From the NCBI RefSeq assembly GCF_030028105.1, contig NC_092380.1, positions 70,181,717-70,245,716 of the forward strand: a stretch of 64,000 nt of DNA. The letters run 5' to 3'. Below are positions 10,438 through 23,774 of the stretch, one piece after another; the first letter of the stretch is position 1, and every line of letters starts with the position of its first letter. The notes beneath the pieces were generated by a model. That model saw only the letters and a list, made by a program, of their open reading frames with translations, ran no database searches and was not told the DNA's origin. Position numbers and translations under genes: made by a program. The DNA is from Mobula birostris (taxonomy: Eukaryota).

Positions 10438-13423
10438 TTATTTTAATAATCCTCTAAGACCAGGCTCCATAGTGGCCAAAAACACTAATGGGTTGTGATC
10501 AGTGTAAATTCTCAATGGTTTCCGTCGCGGACAAAGATAACAAAGGTCGTCCCACACAAACTTAGCATTCTTTGGCAAGAGCTTAGTAAGAGGGAGGGTA
10601 ATATCCGCAAAGTTTTTGCAAAACTTCCGATAGTACTCCACCATCCCCAAGAACCATCTCAGGGCTCTCTTGTCTGTCAGGGTGGGGACTTCAAAGATAG
10701 CCCGAACCTTAGCCTGCATCAGCGCCAGCTGCCCCTGTCTTACCACAAATCCCAGATAAGTGATCTTTCTGTGGCCGAATTCAATATTTGCGAGGTTCAC
10801 TGTCGAGTTGGCTTCAAACAGGTTTTTAAACAGCTCCTCCCATGTGTCACTCCAGACCACTAAATCGCCAATATACGCTTCTGCGTTCTTTAGCCCTTTT
10901 GTCACTGAATTAATCATCCTACAAGGGTGTTGCTCACTAGGCTGACCTGATGTGACAACAACACCATGTCCTGGCTCTTTGCATCGCCTTGGGACATCCG
11001 GACATACATGTGCGTGCCGGTTAATTAGCTTTACCAATGGCTCGCTCTGCTCGGGGGTTAAGAGAGAGAACTCATCAGCAAAGTTGGCCAAAACAATAGA
11101 CTTCTCCCATCTGGTCGGCACCATACTTATCTTTTCAAAATGGGTTTTCCCCTTATCAGGTGGCACCCTAGCCTCATTAATTTTCATGATGACACCAACA
11201 ACTAGATCTGTTTTCTGATTGTGGTAAGCTTGTAACATGTTAAAAGCCTGTAACTGTGTTAGCTCACGTCTACAATAGTCAATAGCATCCTTCCTCCTGT
11301 GTGGCCAGTAAGACTCTTTCACGATTTTATCGACTGTCTTCCTCACACCAAAATATCCACCGAGGGATATCTTGTGGGCCAGGTTAAAAATCTCATCCCC
11401 ATAAATTTTCGGCACCACCCCGCATTCCTCATCTGTGGGCACGGTACTTGGTCTCCATTTCCTCCTTAGTACTCCCTCCTTCACATAACAGCCCACTGGC
11501 TCCCTTTTTAATTCTGCTTTGGAGACAGCTGTCTCCGTCAAAACGATCAGTTCCTCGTCTCGCTCCTGTGCCTGTATAAATTCCTTCCTTGCTAACGATA
11601 AGTCTACCTTAACTTCCGTTTCATTACGCTGCTTCTCACTTTCTAACCCCTCCTGGCACAAGGCTGGTAAAAACGTCTCAGCTAAATCTATATTCACTTC
11701 AGCAGCCTTTCTGGACATGCGCCAAGTCACTGCGCAAACGGGATAAGCCTGTGAGTCCGTGGGCGGGGCCTCAATGCTGGCAGGCTGGCTTGTCAAGCTT
11801 ACTGCTGGGTACACCTCTCTGCCGGCGAGGTCGTTACCAAGTAAGACCTCCACGTCTTCCATCGGTAGTTCGGGCTTCACCCTGATCGTGACCGGTCTGG
11901 ACACCAAGTCGCTTTTTAGGTGTATCTGGTGCAAAGGTACTGCTTCAGTCCCTTTCCCAATGCCTTTTTTCACCCTGACCTCCCCAGTCTGGGTCTCTGA
12001 ACTAAAGTCTAACACACTCTTTAAGATCAATGACTGACAAGCTCCAGAGTCTCTCCAGATCCGTACTGGAACTGGGTTTAACCCCTCCTTCACCGACACC
12101 AATCCGGCCGAGATAAACCCCTCGCACCCTTCCTGAACTTTATCAGACCTCTTCTCCCCTAGTGGTTTGTTTACCAGCTCAATACAGCCAGTCGGAACCA
12201 TCGTTTTTCCTTTCCCCATCTCCTTCTTTGGGGCAAAGCACCTGGATGCAAAGTGTCCGGCTTTCCCACAATTATAGCATACGACCCCAGGAAACTTCCT
12301 ACCAAACTGCTCCCGGTCTACCTTATCCCTCTCACTAGTCCCCGGCTTACTTTCTGACTTTTCTGGCTGACTCTCCCCACCCTCTTGACTACCCTTCTGG
12401 TAGCCTTTACTCGGGGTAAACTTCGCTTTGTGCGTTTACACGTATTCATCCGCTAACTTAGCAGTTGCGACTAAGGTGTCTGCCTCTTTCTCATCTAGGT
12501 AGGGTCTCATACCTTCAGGGACACAACCTTTAAACTGCTCAATCAGTATTAGCTGTAGCAGTCTGTCATAATCCCCATTGACCCTTTTCAAGGCGCACTA
12601 ACGCTCACAATACATCTGCATCTCACAGGCAAACTCTAAATACATGCATCCCCATTGCTTCCTCGCATTCCGGAACCTCTGCCGGTATGCCTCCGGGACC
12701 AACTCATAAATCCTGAGTATCGTCTCTTTCACCACATCATACCTCTGGGTATCTTCTGCAGACAAGGCCGAATAAGCTTGTTGAGTCTTCCCTTTAAGTA
12801 CGCTCTGAAGCAAAACAGCCCACTTATCCCTCGGCCAGCCCTGGCTTGCAGCAACTTTTTCAAAATGGAGGAAGTACCGATCAACATCGGCCTCCTCAAA
12901 TGGGGGAGCCAGCCTAACCTCCTGGGTCGCCCTGAACCCTCCACATTGGTTCGGCATGGGCCCCTGCGCTAGCGTCATCCTTAACTTCTCCAGCTCAAAT
13001 TCCCTTTCCCTCTGTTTCTCCCTCTCTTCTCGCTCTAACTGCCTGTCCCTCTCTTCTCGCTCCAACTGCTTGTCCCTCTCCTCTCGCTCCAGCTGTTTTA
13101 TTCTCTCTTCGCGTTCTAACTGCCTGTCCCTCTCTTCTTGCTCCAGCTGTTTTACCCGGAATTCGTGCTCGTCTTAATTTTCCCATTTGCAGCTGTACTG
13201 CTTCTCCACCACGATTGCCCATAGATACCACCTCCAGCTCCCCTTGGGGAAACACACCTTTAGATACATAGTGCTCTATGATAGCTCTGTGTATCTCCTC
13301 TCCCCTCATTGTCGGCTTCCCCTTAAAAAGATTCAACCGTTTGGCCACAGTTGCCAATTCTGCTTTCCTGGCATCCTCTAATGCCTCCAAGGTTGGCGCC
13401 TTTAGAAATTCCTCAATCTCCAT
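10438..13423 (-). pseudogene. gag-pol relic of the Gmr1-type element (593-aa PR-IN-RT-RH ORF plus broken gag)
   Basis: ORFs 12995-13423, 12598-13065 and 10438-12219. Gag is broken by a frameshift and a stop; the catalytic cores of pol are deleted. Confidence 0.85.
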
Positions 13424-13499
13424 TTCTGCTGTTTGCCCTTTCTTTCTTTCAGGAATTTTAACCCAATCAATTTACCCAGTCCCAAATTTGGCGTTCAAA

Positions 13500-13518
13500 A
13501 TCGCGGACGAGATCCCCA
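13500..13518 (-). promoter_or_regulatory. Primer-binding site, tRNA-Pro-like
   Basis: The minus strand reads TGGGGATCTCGTCCGCGAT 4 nt after the 5' LTR, close to the classic tRNA-Pro PBS TGGGGGCTCGTCCGGGAT. Confidence 0.75.
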
Positions 13519-15664
13519 CTTATGTTACGTACCCTGTAACTGGGTTGCCAAACCAGCAGAAATGGACCACTTAGTTGGAGTCTGAATTACTGGAACTAAG
13601 AAAGTTTTATTAAAGAAATAAGTAACACAGTACTCTAATCCTAAGGATATAAGTGCAACAGGTTAGCAATGATAAAACACACATGTACACAGAACTAGGA
13701 CAATAGGAATCAATCAAGCTCTATCGCTGTCTAGGGGTAAAATGATCAGTCTCAAGTGACGCAGAGTTCAGTTCAGCTTAGTACAGTTTGCAGTAATCGC
13801 TGTTGTGCTGTTGGAGACAGAGAGAGAGAATATGCAAATTCTGATTCAAACAGACCTTTGCTCTTCACAGTTAGCTTTCGGGCGAACCCTTTTACTGTCT
13901 TCTGTGGTCACCGACTGTGACCCCTCCGTTCCGGATACGACCGTTCTTCCGCGGTGAACCCGGCACCCAGGCAAGGGTGGACACACACACCAGGTTCCCG
14001 CCAATCATACCTTTTCACCCTGTGCGTCTATGGTGGGTCCCGCGACCAGACCTCCAAACTCCCACCAACTTGTGGGGGCACACCTCTTTTCTAGGGTCTC
14101 GTTATCTCATGATCTCGTGGTGTCTGTCTTGCCTTAGCGAACCTGTTCCTTTTATCCCCCTGCTGGGGTATCGCCTGTCCAGCAAACTTCAAACAGTTCA
14201 GGTTCAAAGCAACCGGTCTGTCAAAACTCGGAACTGTGTCCCTTTTCGTTAATCTCTCTCCTGATCAATCTTCTGATAACTTGGTTTTTCATCACAGGAC
14301 ATAGTTTCCTCCAAACACCATTTCTCATCGAGACTGTTAGCCTATCAAGAGCATCTCCAATGTTGGCAATTGCCAGTTTTATATTGTAGTCTTTCCAGAT
14401 CTCTCGCAAAGATGCTTCGGAGTTGTCCTCTCTGTCAATAGCACTTACTTAAGTGTAACACCCTTACGAGCTCTTTTAGGCTTTTCCGATACCTTCGAAC
14501 TCATCTTGCTAATGGATGCACAAAATAAATCGAGATACAGCATGTGTTTAAGCAATGGCAGATAGAATGCAGTTCCGGGGGAGGAGCTTGGCTGCTCGGG
14601 GCGCGCGCTGCTTTTTTTCTCGCATGCTGCAATTTTTCACGCGCTGCTTTTTTCGTAACAGCGAAAAAACCTTCTGTTAGTGAAAACAGGGTACTAATGT
14701 AGGTCTTTCGTAACAGTGAGGTTTCGTAAAGTGAATGTTCGAAAAGCCGGGGACACCTATATTCAAATCAGCCTTGGGCTACAGCACAGGTCCCATCTTT
14801 GCTTTATTTGATAGTCATCTTACTGAACTACACCCCTGCAATACAGGAGGGATGCATTCCTAGAGAGCTATTCAAAATGCTATTTTCCATAATGTCTGGG
14901 AAGTTTTTACTCTCTGCCCCGCTGGTTGCCCGATCTGTAGACAAGAGAATGTAGATTGTATTGTAGACAGAAGTGAAGGTTGCTGTTGTAATTATTTCTG
15001 TTACCCAAACTGTATAATATGGGAGCTTTGCTAAGCCAGAGTCAATTTAACAGTTGTTCACCTCAGTGCTGTACTGTGGATAAGATTTTCTATTTGAAAC
15101 AAAAAGGTATTTTTAATGCCAATCCAAAAGAAAACGTCATTTTTGTTAATATATAAATCTCAGATAACCTGGCATCCTCGGGACTTTGGTGGTGCAAGCC
15201 TCACCGATGTTCTAAATTATTGGATGCCAGTCTATTAACATGAAAGCAATTTAATTTCTTTGTTTCACATGTTACACAGTATTAAAATATTTTTCCAAAG
15301 AAAGAGTACGGGGAATAGAACCCAAGCAATTTCAGATTGACGATGGGTATCCCAACACTTTCTCACATTGGATCCCCAGCTTTGGCCACATAACACAAAC
15401 TAACTCACACTCTTTAGAGTGTAGATGGTGCACAAGCATTAGGATTTCTGAACAACTGCGTGCAGGCTTTTCAATTCTAAATGTATTAGTAATTGGTAAT
15501 CCTTGCATTTATACAGTGAAATGAAGGAAAGAACCTCCCAAGGTATTCTGAAAGAGTGATTTTGTTCCAAATTCAATACAATAAATCACAGAAATCACAC
15601 AAATGACTTAGAATCTTAAAATAAGTCATTAGCTACTTTCTCAAATCATCCAAAAGAACCCAAC

Positions 15665-16055
15665 CTTGACGTGGTTTGGAGGCTCATGTGCCTTAATGAC
15701 CTGGAGAACTACAGCGGCTGAAGTCAGGCCTTTTAGCATTGGCTATTTGTTGGATCAGCCATGTTATACAGGTCAAAGGGTAGAAGCCAGACTAAGAGTG
15801 GTCCACTGATCCTCCAGGTTCAGGGGTTCAGCTCAGGGCTAACAACCTTGACTGATCAAACAAAACTGTTTGAAACAGCAATGAAGAATCCTTCTACATC
15901 TGAGTGCGACAGTATTCCTGAGACTCCAGCTGGGATTTGCGTGACTGACAGTAAACAGAGATGAAGCTACTGACACGATGAAGGAAGCCCTGAACACTAC
16001 CAGAGATGGAGGACTTTCATTGCTGCCCAAAACGCCAGTGGTGTGACATGCAAAA
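15665..16055 (+). mobile_element. Short RTE-derived non-autonomous retroposon (5' UTR fused to 3' end)
   Basis: The 3' part translates QRWRTFIAAQNASGVT, like RTE ORF C-termini. The 5' part (caggtcaaagggtagaagccagactaagagtggtcc...gggctaacaacc) resembles an RTE 5' UTR. Confidence 0.55.
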
Positions 16056-17069
16056 GAAGATCTTCTTTTACTCAAATAAAGTAAAACCTCCCAAACAAAA
16101 TTTTAAGCACTACTGTATTTTTAGATTATTTTCTGATTTTCAGATTTGCCATGGTCTCAGTCCACCCCTTATGTACTTTTCTATAAACCCACCAACCCTC
16201 TGAAATATTAACACTTAAACACTTCCCATGTCTCCCTAATTTTTTGAGATAATTCTAAACTGAGAACTTAGCAGCTGAAAATGCAACCACTACCCATGCA
16301 GTGAGTAAACTCTCAAACAATTTAGAGCCAAAATTGAAGAGCTGGAGATATTTCAAAGGGTATGGGGTTGGGAAAGAGTAGAATAAGGGACAGAGCATTT
16401 TGAGAAAAAGAAAATGGTACAGAATTAAAGTTCTGCTTAACACTGCAATTGACTGTCTCCACACTACCAAGAAGGATACCAAAAGAATTTTCTTTGATTA
16501 TAACTTACCCAGAGACAATTTGTTTCAATGAGCAGAGGGTTGAAGGGTGCAAGTTTTAATGAGAATTCCTCACCCTTTACCAGTTAAAACAGGGAAATCA
16601 GTTAGAGTCCAGTGACTTTGGGAGTAGGCTAAAGCCAGGGTCAAATCTGGAAGGAGTATAATACCTCCAGTCCAACTAACCAAGTTGTCAAAGCAAGCAC
16701 CTCCTACTCCACCTGGGTAGAGTTTGCAGGTACCACATTGGCCTCAACAATACCTCAGAAATACAGGGGTTGCAAGTTAGCTTTTACCCTGAGGAATTGC
16801 TAAAGAAGGGGTAAAAACGGGCAGAGAGCGGAGAGGAATTCATCAAGACAAGTTACAGCAAACAAAAACCACTTCACAATCCAATCTGGAATTATGACAA
16901 ATTTTGACCGGTGTCAACCAAATCCGTAAGTGGCCCAATTATATAAATTTAACAAACATAAATGAAATAATAACCTGAACATCCTATTTTAGAGGCGTTT
17001 TTATGGGTGGGGCACTCTAGTTAGAGCGTAGTTTAAAATGTATAATCATACCACAAAAGAAATATCACA

Positions 17070-17270
17070 AACAAGAGAAAATCTGCAGATGCTGGAAATC
17101 CAAGTAACACACTAATTGCTGGAGGTACTCAGTAGGCCAGGCAGCAACCATGCAAATGAATACAGTCAACGCTCTTGCTGAATGGTCTCGGCCCAAAACA
17201 TCGACTGCACTTTAATCCCTAACCGGTTTGGCCTGCTGAGCTCCTCCAGCATTTTGTGTGTATTGCCACA
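17070..17270. mobile_element. Penelope-like element terminal remnant (two inverted arms) with a decayed hammerhead motif
   Basis: ctgcagatgctgga...gctggaggtactcagtaggccaggc is mirrored by gcctgctgagctcctccagcattttgtgtg. The central motif is tgctgaatggtctcggcccaaaacatcgactg. Confidence 0.6.
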
Positions 17271-17916
17271 AAATAAATAACCCATCTGCATTTTACTTGA
17301 AAGAATTGACAATAAACACACTCATAGGCGGCCTTAGCTACGTTTCACCCGTTTCAACTGAAATGGTCCCCGTGCTCCCAGGGGCCTCCGACTGACATGC
17401 AAAAATTTAATGCACAGTTCCCAGACGCCACAATATTCTCCTGCTATTGCCAGCCGAACCACCAGTGGGCGCCCGCTGACTGACATCTGAGGAAGGGGAA
17501 GGAACGTCGACTGAGACCATGAGAGGCCTGCGCCGGGCATCTTCATGCCCTAAAAGGCGCAAGTTGGAAGTCTGTGTGGGCGCCACTCCTCACACAGGGC
17601 AATGTGTGGCTTGCTCAAGAGCCTTGCTCAAGGACACAAACACGCTGCCACAGCTGAGGCTCGAACTAGCAACCTTCAGATCAGTAGACGAACACCTTAA
17701 CCACTTGGCCACGTGCCCAACACATCTGACATCTGAGAAAACACATTAAAATATTTACTTCACTTGTAAACATTGCTCCTAGCAAAGAAGGCTACTTTTC
17801 AATGAGAGGAAAATGAAACGCTCCTATCCTAGTGGTGATAAAAATGGAAAAAATTAGACAAAACAAAACGTCTAAATAGTCTCTCAAAACTTACATCTTT
17901 CTTTGGTCCAGCATCT

Positions 17917-19313
17917 GTGAAAGGCCCGCCAACTGCAGTTGCTGCTGCACCATCGCCACAGCATGGGGCTGCAGTGCCAAGTGACAGTGTAAGCGGTACA
18001 GGAGATGTTGATAATCAGAGCAATGAAAATGAGAAGAACAATTCTACTCAAACAGATGGTGATAATGACGACCAAACTTTGTTTGATGAACAAGCACCAC
18101 AGCATGATGACAGTCCTACAACTGAGACAGGTGAGGGAGATGCCGTCACCAGCACACCAGACAGAGAGAAAGCCCCACTGACATTCACAGAGACCGATCC
18201 GGCACGTTGGCCAACGCATATTACCAGTGACCAACGGATCGACATTGTTAGCAGAGGTCCCGTTCAGTTGGAGGACATTGATTATCCACAGAGCCAATCA
18301 CGCTGTCATTTTACCAAGGACAGATATTTTATGAAGATGAAAAATGGAGAAACCATTAGTAGGTCATGGTTAGTGTACTCAGAATCATCTGATTCAATCT
18401 TCTGTTTCTGTTGTACCCTATTTGACAAGCGAAATCACAGTCTCACTTGTGGAGGTTTCAGAGTGTGGGAGCGACTCACTCTCACACTCCAGGATCATGA
18501 GAAGTCAAATGCGCACCGTGCCAACATGGATAGCTGGCGTGAGCTGGAAACGCACTTAAGAACGCACAGTGCCATTGACAGCACGTATCAAGAAATGCAA
18601 ATGCTGGAAAAAAAACAGTGGAATGATGTAATGAAGAGGTTCATTGCCATAGTCTGTCACCTTGCAGAACGAAACCTTGCTTTCCGTGGCCACAATTCCA
18701 CCCTACATGAACCAAATAATGGGAACTTTCTAGGTCTGGTGGAGCTGCTTGCTGAGTTCAACCCCGTGATGAGCGAACATGTCAGATGAGCAGAGAAAAA
18801 AGAGATTGCTGACCACTACATGGGGAAGACCATACAAAATGAGTTAATCACACTTACTGGAGACAAGACACTGGAAGCGATAACAGAGAGAGTAAAACAA
18901 TCACGTTACTACTCGGTGATAATGGACTGCACCAGCGACGCTGCACACATAGAGCAGCTCTCTGTTACGCTGCTCATTGTCACATGCCATGTAAACGTCC
19001 GAGCTGCTGTTAGTGAGCATTTTGTCGGTTTCCTACCAGTGCTTGACATAACAGGTGCAGGCCGAACGAACATTTTCTTAACGCATATGGAGAAGTTAGG
19101 ATTAGATATCTCAAAATGCAGGGGGCATGCATATGATAACGGGATCAATATGTGGAAGAAAATAGCGGGGTGCAGAAGAGGGTGCTAGATATTGACAAAA
19201 AGCACTGTTCATGCTATGCGCCAGCCATAGCCTAAAACTAGTCATTGTCGATGCTGCAAAATCAACAGTGGAGCCTGTGAGCTTCTTGGGGGTGCTGCAA
19301 CATCTATACACAC
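17917..19313 (+). pseudogene. hAT transposase, N-terminal part
   Basis: TTF-type zinc finger (SRSWLVYSES..IFCFCC), LAFRGH..NNGNFLGL, YYSVIMDCTSD and CASHSL motifs. Stop at 18787-18789 and a frameshift near 19150. Breaks off at QHLYT. Confidence 0.88.
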
Positions 19314-20198
19314 AGAAGGGAGGAGAAGATAGTGGCGCGACGCAGCGCATGCGGCTGCTCCGAATTGATATCGTATTTCTTAAATAGGGGCTGCGCACAA
19401 TCCTGATTTGATGGAGACGGACGTGAGAAGCACAGAGGAACACCTGGAGAAACTTCTGAAATACCTGCTTCACTGCTGCTGCTACTGTGCGATCGAGAAT
19501 CCCGGAGGGGAAGGCCCCACATCCTCGGCTTTGCTTATTGCCTGTTGCCAGGGTCAAAGAGCTCGGCAGAGATGGTGCTCCGTGCTCGGTGTCGGAGTGC
19601 TGGTCGGAGGCTCGAAATCTTCGGAGGGACTCAGAGTCAGACTGTGGTCAGGTGCTTCCAGGATGCTGCATCGGCAAGCTTGTGGTGCTGGAAGCTCATG
19701 GCAGGGAGAGTTTCTCCCTTCAACTGTCTGCGTGAGATGATGTGACTTTCGAGAGACTTTGAGACTTTTTTTTTTTACCGTGCCCATGATCTGTTCTTCA
19801 TCAAATTACGGTATTGCTTTGCACTGTTGTAACTATATGTTATAATTATGTGGTTTTTGTCAGTTTTTTTTTAGTCTTGATTTGTCTTGTGTTTCTGTGG
19901 TATCACTCTGGAGGAACAAATTGTATCATTTCTTAATGCATGTATTACTAAATGACAATAAAAGATGGCTGCGGGAGGACGTCACGTGATGACGTGGGAT
20001 TGAGATGTACGAATCCAGCTCTCCTGTAAAAAATCAGCAAAGTACCATTTAAACAAAGAGAAGTTAATAAATACTTTCCGAAAACTACTTATAAACTTCT
20101 CAAGACTATTTTACGATATTCCTCGTAAATTGCAACAGAACAAGTCTCCTGTTGTGAAGTCGCCATGAGACGGGAAGGAAAAAAGGCCTACTGCAGCG

Positions 20199-21271
20199 AT
20201 GGAACCTCGGACTCGGGTTGGATCTCCTTTCGAGGAGACACATTTTATCTCTGGCGTAGAAGAACAGGGAGCAATGGCGGCCCCTGGGAAGAAGATGCCG
20301 GACTTGCGCATGCACAGACAAGTAGGCATGCGCAAATTGATACAACTCAAACTACAAGATCTGACGTCCACTGCAAGCGAAAGTGACTCAGAGTCAGAAT
20401 TGGATTCCGCAGAGAACACAGATGAAGAAGAGGAGGAAGAACTGGAAGAGACTAAAGTAAAGGATATGATGGAGACATAAAAGAGGCTTTATTGCAAGTA
20501 ATGATTGAATTAAAAGGATTAAAAATAGAGATTAGAAACGTGAAGCTGAGTTATGATAAAGCTATGAAAAGACAGGAGAAAATGGATAAGAAACTTCAAA
20601 AGTTGGAAAGAACAATGGAGCATATTAACGACAGAGTGGAAAAAACAGAAAATGATACGCTTGTCTGGAAAACGGAAAGAAATCGACTGTTGGAAAAAGT
20701 GGACGTGCTGGAAAATTTTAGTAGACGAAATAATATTAAGATTGTTGATCTTAAAGAAGGTATAGAGGGAGACAATCCAATAGAATTTTTTCAAAGATGG
20801 ATCCCGGAAACTTTGCAAATGAAAGAGGGAGACCGATCAATTGAAATTGAATGGGCACATAGAGCTCTAAGACCAAAACCAGAAGATGACCAATATCCAC
20901 GATCAATTTTAATAAAATGTTTAAGATTTCAAGACAAAGAAAGGATTCTACAGGCGGCTGCTCAAGCTGCCAAGAACAGAAAAGGGCCATTGATAATAGA
21001 AGGGAACAAAATTTTTTTCTACCCTGACATAAGTTATGAACTTTCAAAGAGAAGAAAGAAATTTAATCCAGTGAAAAAAGTCCTATGGGATCATGGTTAT
21101 CAATTTATACTGCGTTATCCTGCAACCTTGAAGATTTTTTGGCTGGCGGAGAAAAAAGATTTTTCGACGATTACCAGAAAGCGGAGGAGTTTGTGTGAGG
21201 TTCTTCGAAGATACAAGAACAAACCCAAGGGAGTGAGATGGATTAAAGATGAAGATTTGGTCAAGGAATAG
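20199..21271 (+). pseudogene. L1 ORF1p (coiled coil, RRM, CTD), frameshifted
   Basis: ORFs 20199-20480 and 20492-21271 with LENFSRRNNIKIV, EWAHRAL and IFFYPDIS motifs. Confidence 0.85.
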
Positions 21272-23044
21272 ACTTGGTGGATTCTTAAAGGCGAAAGAAT
21301 ATATAAGTATATTATTAATTATATGATAGAGGGGAAGAAAGGTTAAAGTTTGAAGAATATTAGTTGGGAATAGTGACATTAATTTTTCTATATATATACA
21401 ATTTTTTTGTTACGGGGGAGCTGGAAGAAATACCAACCGCTACGGAATTCATGTGTGCAAGCGTGGCTATAGCCATGACCTGCAAAATGGAGGGGGGTAG
21501 TGTTGTGCTTTTTTTTCATTCACAACATTAGTACGGGGGTATTTTGTTATTTTTCTTTTTGTGTTATATCTATCTTTTATTTCTTTCTTTTTGCCTGGAT
21601 GATTGGGAGGGAAACACATAGCAACATGGTGAAGTTTAGAGAGATTCCCCAAGGAACTATGAGAGTTAAGATGTTAAGTAATGCTTTAGATTGGAGTAAC
21701 TTTGTTAAGAATAATGACTAATTTATTGAATTTTTTGAGTTTTAATGTTAATAGGCTTAATGGACCGGTGAAAAGAAAAGAATCTTAACACATATTTAAG
21801 AAAATGAAGGAAGATTTAGCCTTCTTGCAGGAAACACATCTAACAGAAGCAGACCATCAGAAATTAAAGAGAGATTGGGAGGGTAGTGTTGCAGTTTCAT
21901 TTAATTCAAAAGCAAGGGGAGTAGCAATTAGAATACAGTTACCAATTAGAATACAAAATGTAATAATCGATTCTGCGAGGAGATATGTGATTATACACTG
22001 TCAACTTTTTTCCGAATTATAGACTGTCATGAATATTTATGCACCAAATGAAAATGATACAAAATTTATACAAGAACCTTTTTTGAAGTTGGCTGATGCA
22101 CATGAAAAAATATTAATAGGAGGAGATTTTAATTTTTGCCTAGACCCAGTCTTAGGTAGATCAACTAAGGCTGTTACAAAATCAAAGGTAGTAAAACTAA
22201 CTTTATCATTGATGAAAGATTTAAATTTGATTGATAAATGGAGAAGCATCAATCCCAAAGAAAGAGACTATTCGTTCTATTCTAATAGACACAAAACTTA
22301 CTCAAGTATAGATTTTTTCCTATTATCAATCAATATTCAACACAGAGTGAAAAATATGGAATATAAAGCAAGAATATTGTCAGATCACTCTCCTTTATTA
22401 ATGACAATAATAATGACTGATAAGGAAAAAGTGACTTATAGATGGAGATTTAATTGAACATTATTAAAACGTCAACATTGTTGTGATTTTATGAAAAAAC
22501 AGATCCAATTTTTTTTGGATACAAACTCTCATTCAGTGGATGATAAATTTATACTATGGGATGTGATGAAAGCATACTTGAGGGGTCAGATAATAAGTCA
22601 TACGGCTAAAATTAAGAAAGAATATATGGCAGAACTAGATCAATTGGAAAAAGAGATTACTCTCACAGTGGCGGGGCATTGGAAGCAAGGGTGGACCCAA
22701 ATGCAAGACACTTCTTGTGAGGTTACTTGGGTTTAGTTTATTGTACGATACCAGGAGGGCAAGACAGAAGCAGGAATAGCGAACAGGATAAGGACTGAGG
22801 ACTACGACTAGGCTGAGACCAAGGGTCTGGGCTTGGACTCGGAAACGGCTCCCAGAAGTAGAGGAGACATGAAGAGGTTAGGGTATGGACTCCGAGCCCG
22901 AGACTGGGCAAGGACCCAGTACCTGGGTCTTGCCTCGGGCTCGGACCCAAGAACCAGGAATGGGTACGACTTGGGCTAGGGAGAGGAGGAACATGGAAAA
23001 CAGAGCCTCGGTCACGGGAGAGCCGGTACATGGAACCATGGATC

Positions 23045-23280
23045 CATACACAGAACAGAGAGCCGGGACCCCTCCTTGAGTACAGGACAAAGGGCTGGGA
23101 CTCGCACACAGAACAGAGAGCCGGGACCCCTCCTTGGGTACAGGACATAGGGCTGGGACTCGCACACAGAACAGAGAGCCGGGACCCCTCCTTGGGTACA
23201 GGACATGGGGCCAGGACTTGCACACAGAACAGAGAGCCGGGACTCCTCCTTGGGTACAGGACATAGGGCCGGGACTCATG
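23045..23280. repeat. Minisatellite, about 59-bp unit, about 4 copies
   Basis: cacacagaacagagagccgggacccctccttgggtacaggacatagggctgggactcg repeated. Confidence 0.9.
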
Positions 23281-23284
23281 ACCC

Positions 23285-23625
23285 TCAGTGGGGCAACGGC
23301 AAGACAGCCTGACTTACCCCACGGAGGCGAGGACAAGACACAAGACATGATCCCCCACGGGGCAACGGCAAGACAGCCTGACTTACCCCAGGGAACAAGG
23401 ACAAGACAAGACACGACTCCCCGTGGGGCAATGGCAAGACGGCCTGACTTACCCCATGGAGGCGAGGACAGGACAGGAGAAGACATGACTCCCCGCGGGG
23501 CAACAGCAAGACAGCCTGAGTTACCCCACGGAGGCGAGGACAGGACAAGACAAGATATGACTCCCCGCGGGGCAACAGAAAGACGGCCAGACTTACCCCG
23601 TGGAGGTGAGGACAAGACAAAACAA
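23285..23625. repeat. Minisatellite, about 60-70-bp unit, about 5 copies
   Basis: ggggcaacggcaagacagcctgacttaccccacggaggcgaggacaagacacaagacatga repeated with variants. Confidence 0.9.
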
Positions 23626-23774
23626 GACCTACACGAATGAACACCAGACAGTACCTATCTAGCTCCAGTGATGGAACTAGACCGAAGTGCAGGCGGGGGC
23701 TGCAGACGAGGGCTAGAGGCCAGAGGGGCAGAGAAGAGATTCAGACAAGGGGGTAGGACAGGAATCACAGACCA

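Larger units (their letters stand above)
9438..14296 (-). mobile_element. Gmr1-type Ty3/Gypsy LTR retrotransposon, non-autonomous with internally deleted pol
   Basis: LTRs 9438-10267 and 13523-14296 (TG...CA, about 95% identical by eye), TSD GGAC (9434-9437, 14297-14300), tRNA-Pro-like PBS, and a PPT-like aagggtagggg next to the left LTR. Contains gag (WAVLLQSVLKGK), a CCHC knuckle, protease RDSGA, IN zinc finger, RT YIGD and RNaseH TDHNPL. Confidence 0.92.
8250..14759 (-). mobile_element. Tigger/pogo (Tc1-mariner) internally deleted DNA transposon, interrupted by the Gmr1-type Gypsy
   Basis: Imperfect TIRs (ctggtttcccctgcc / gccggggacaccta) and a TA-type TSD. ORF 8854-9426 encodes a TIGD1-like transposase C-terminus (EVDEDDVEQVL.SHDQELTDEE). 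Same family as 59421-61043. Confidence 0.85.

Noticed and set aside
9438-14296. Exapted retroviral Gag exon analogous to the Gag-like tail of human B7-H6
   Set aside because: The gag sequences here are upstream of the V exon in intron 1, are broken, and have no splice sites I can support. Gene B's 3' end is outside the window.
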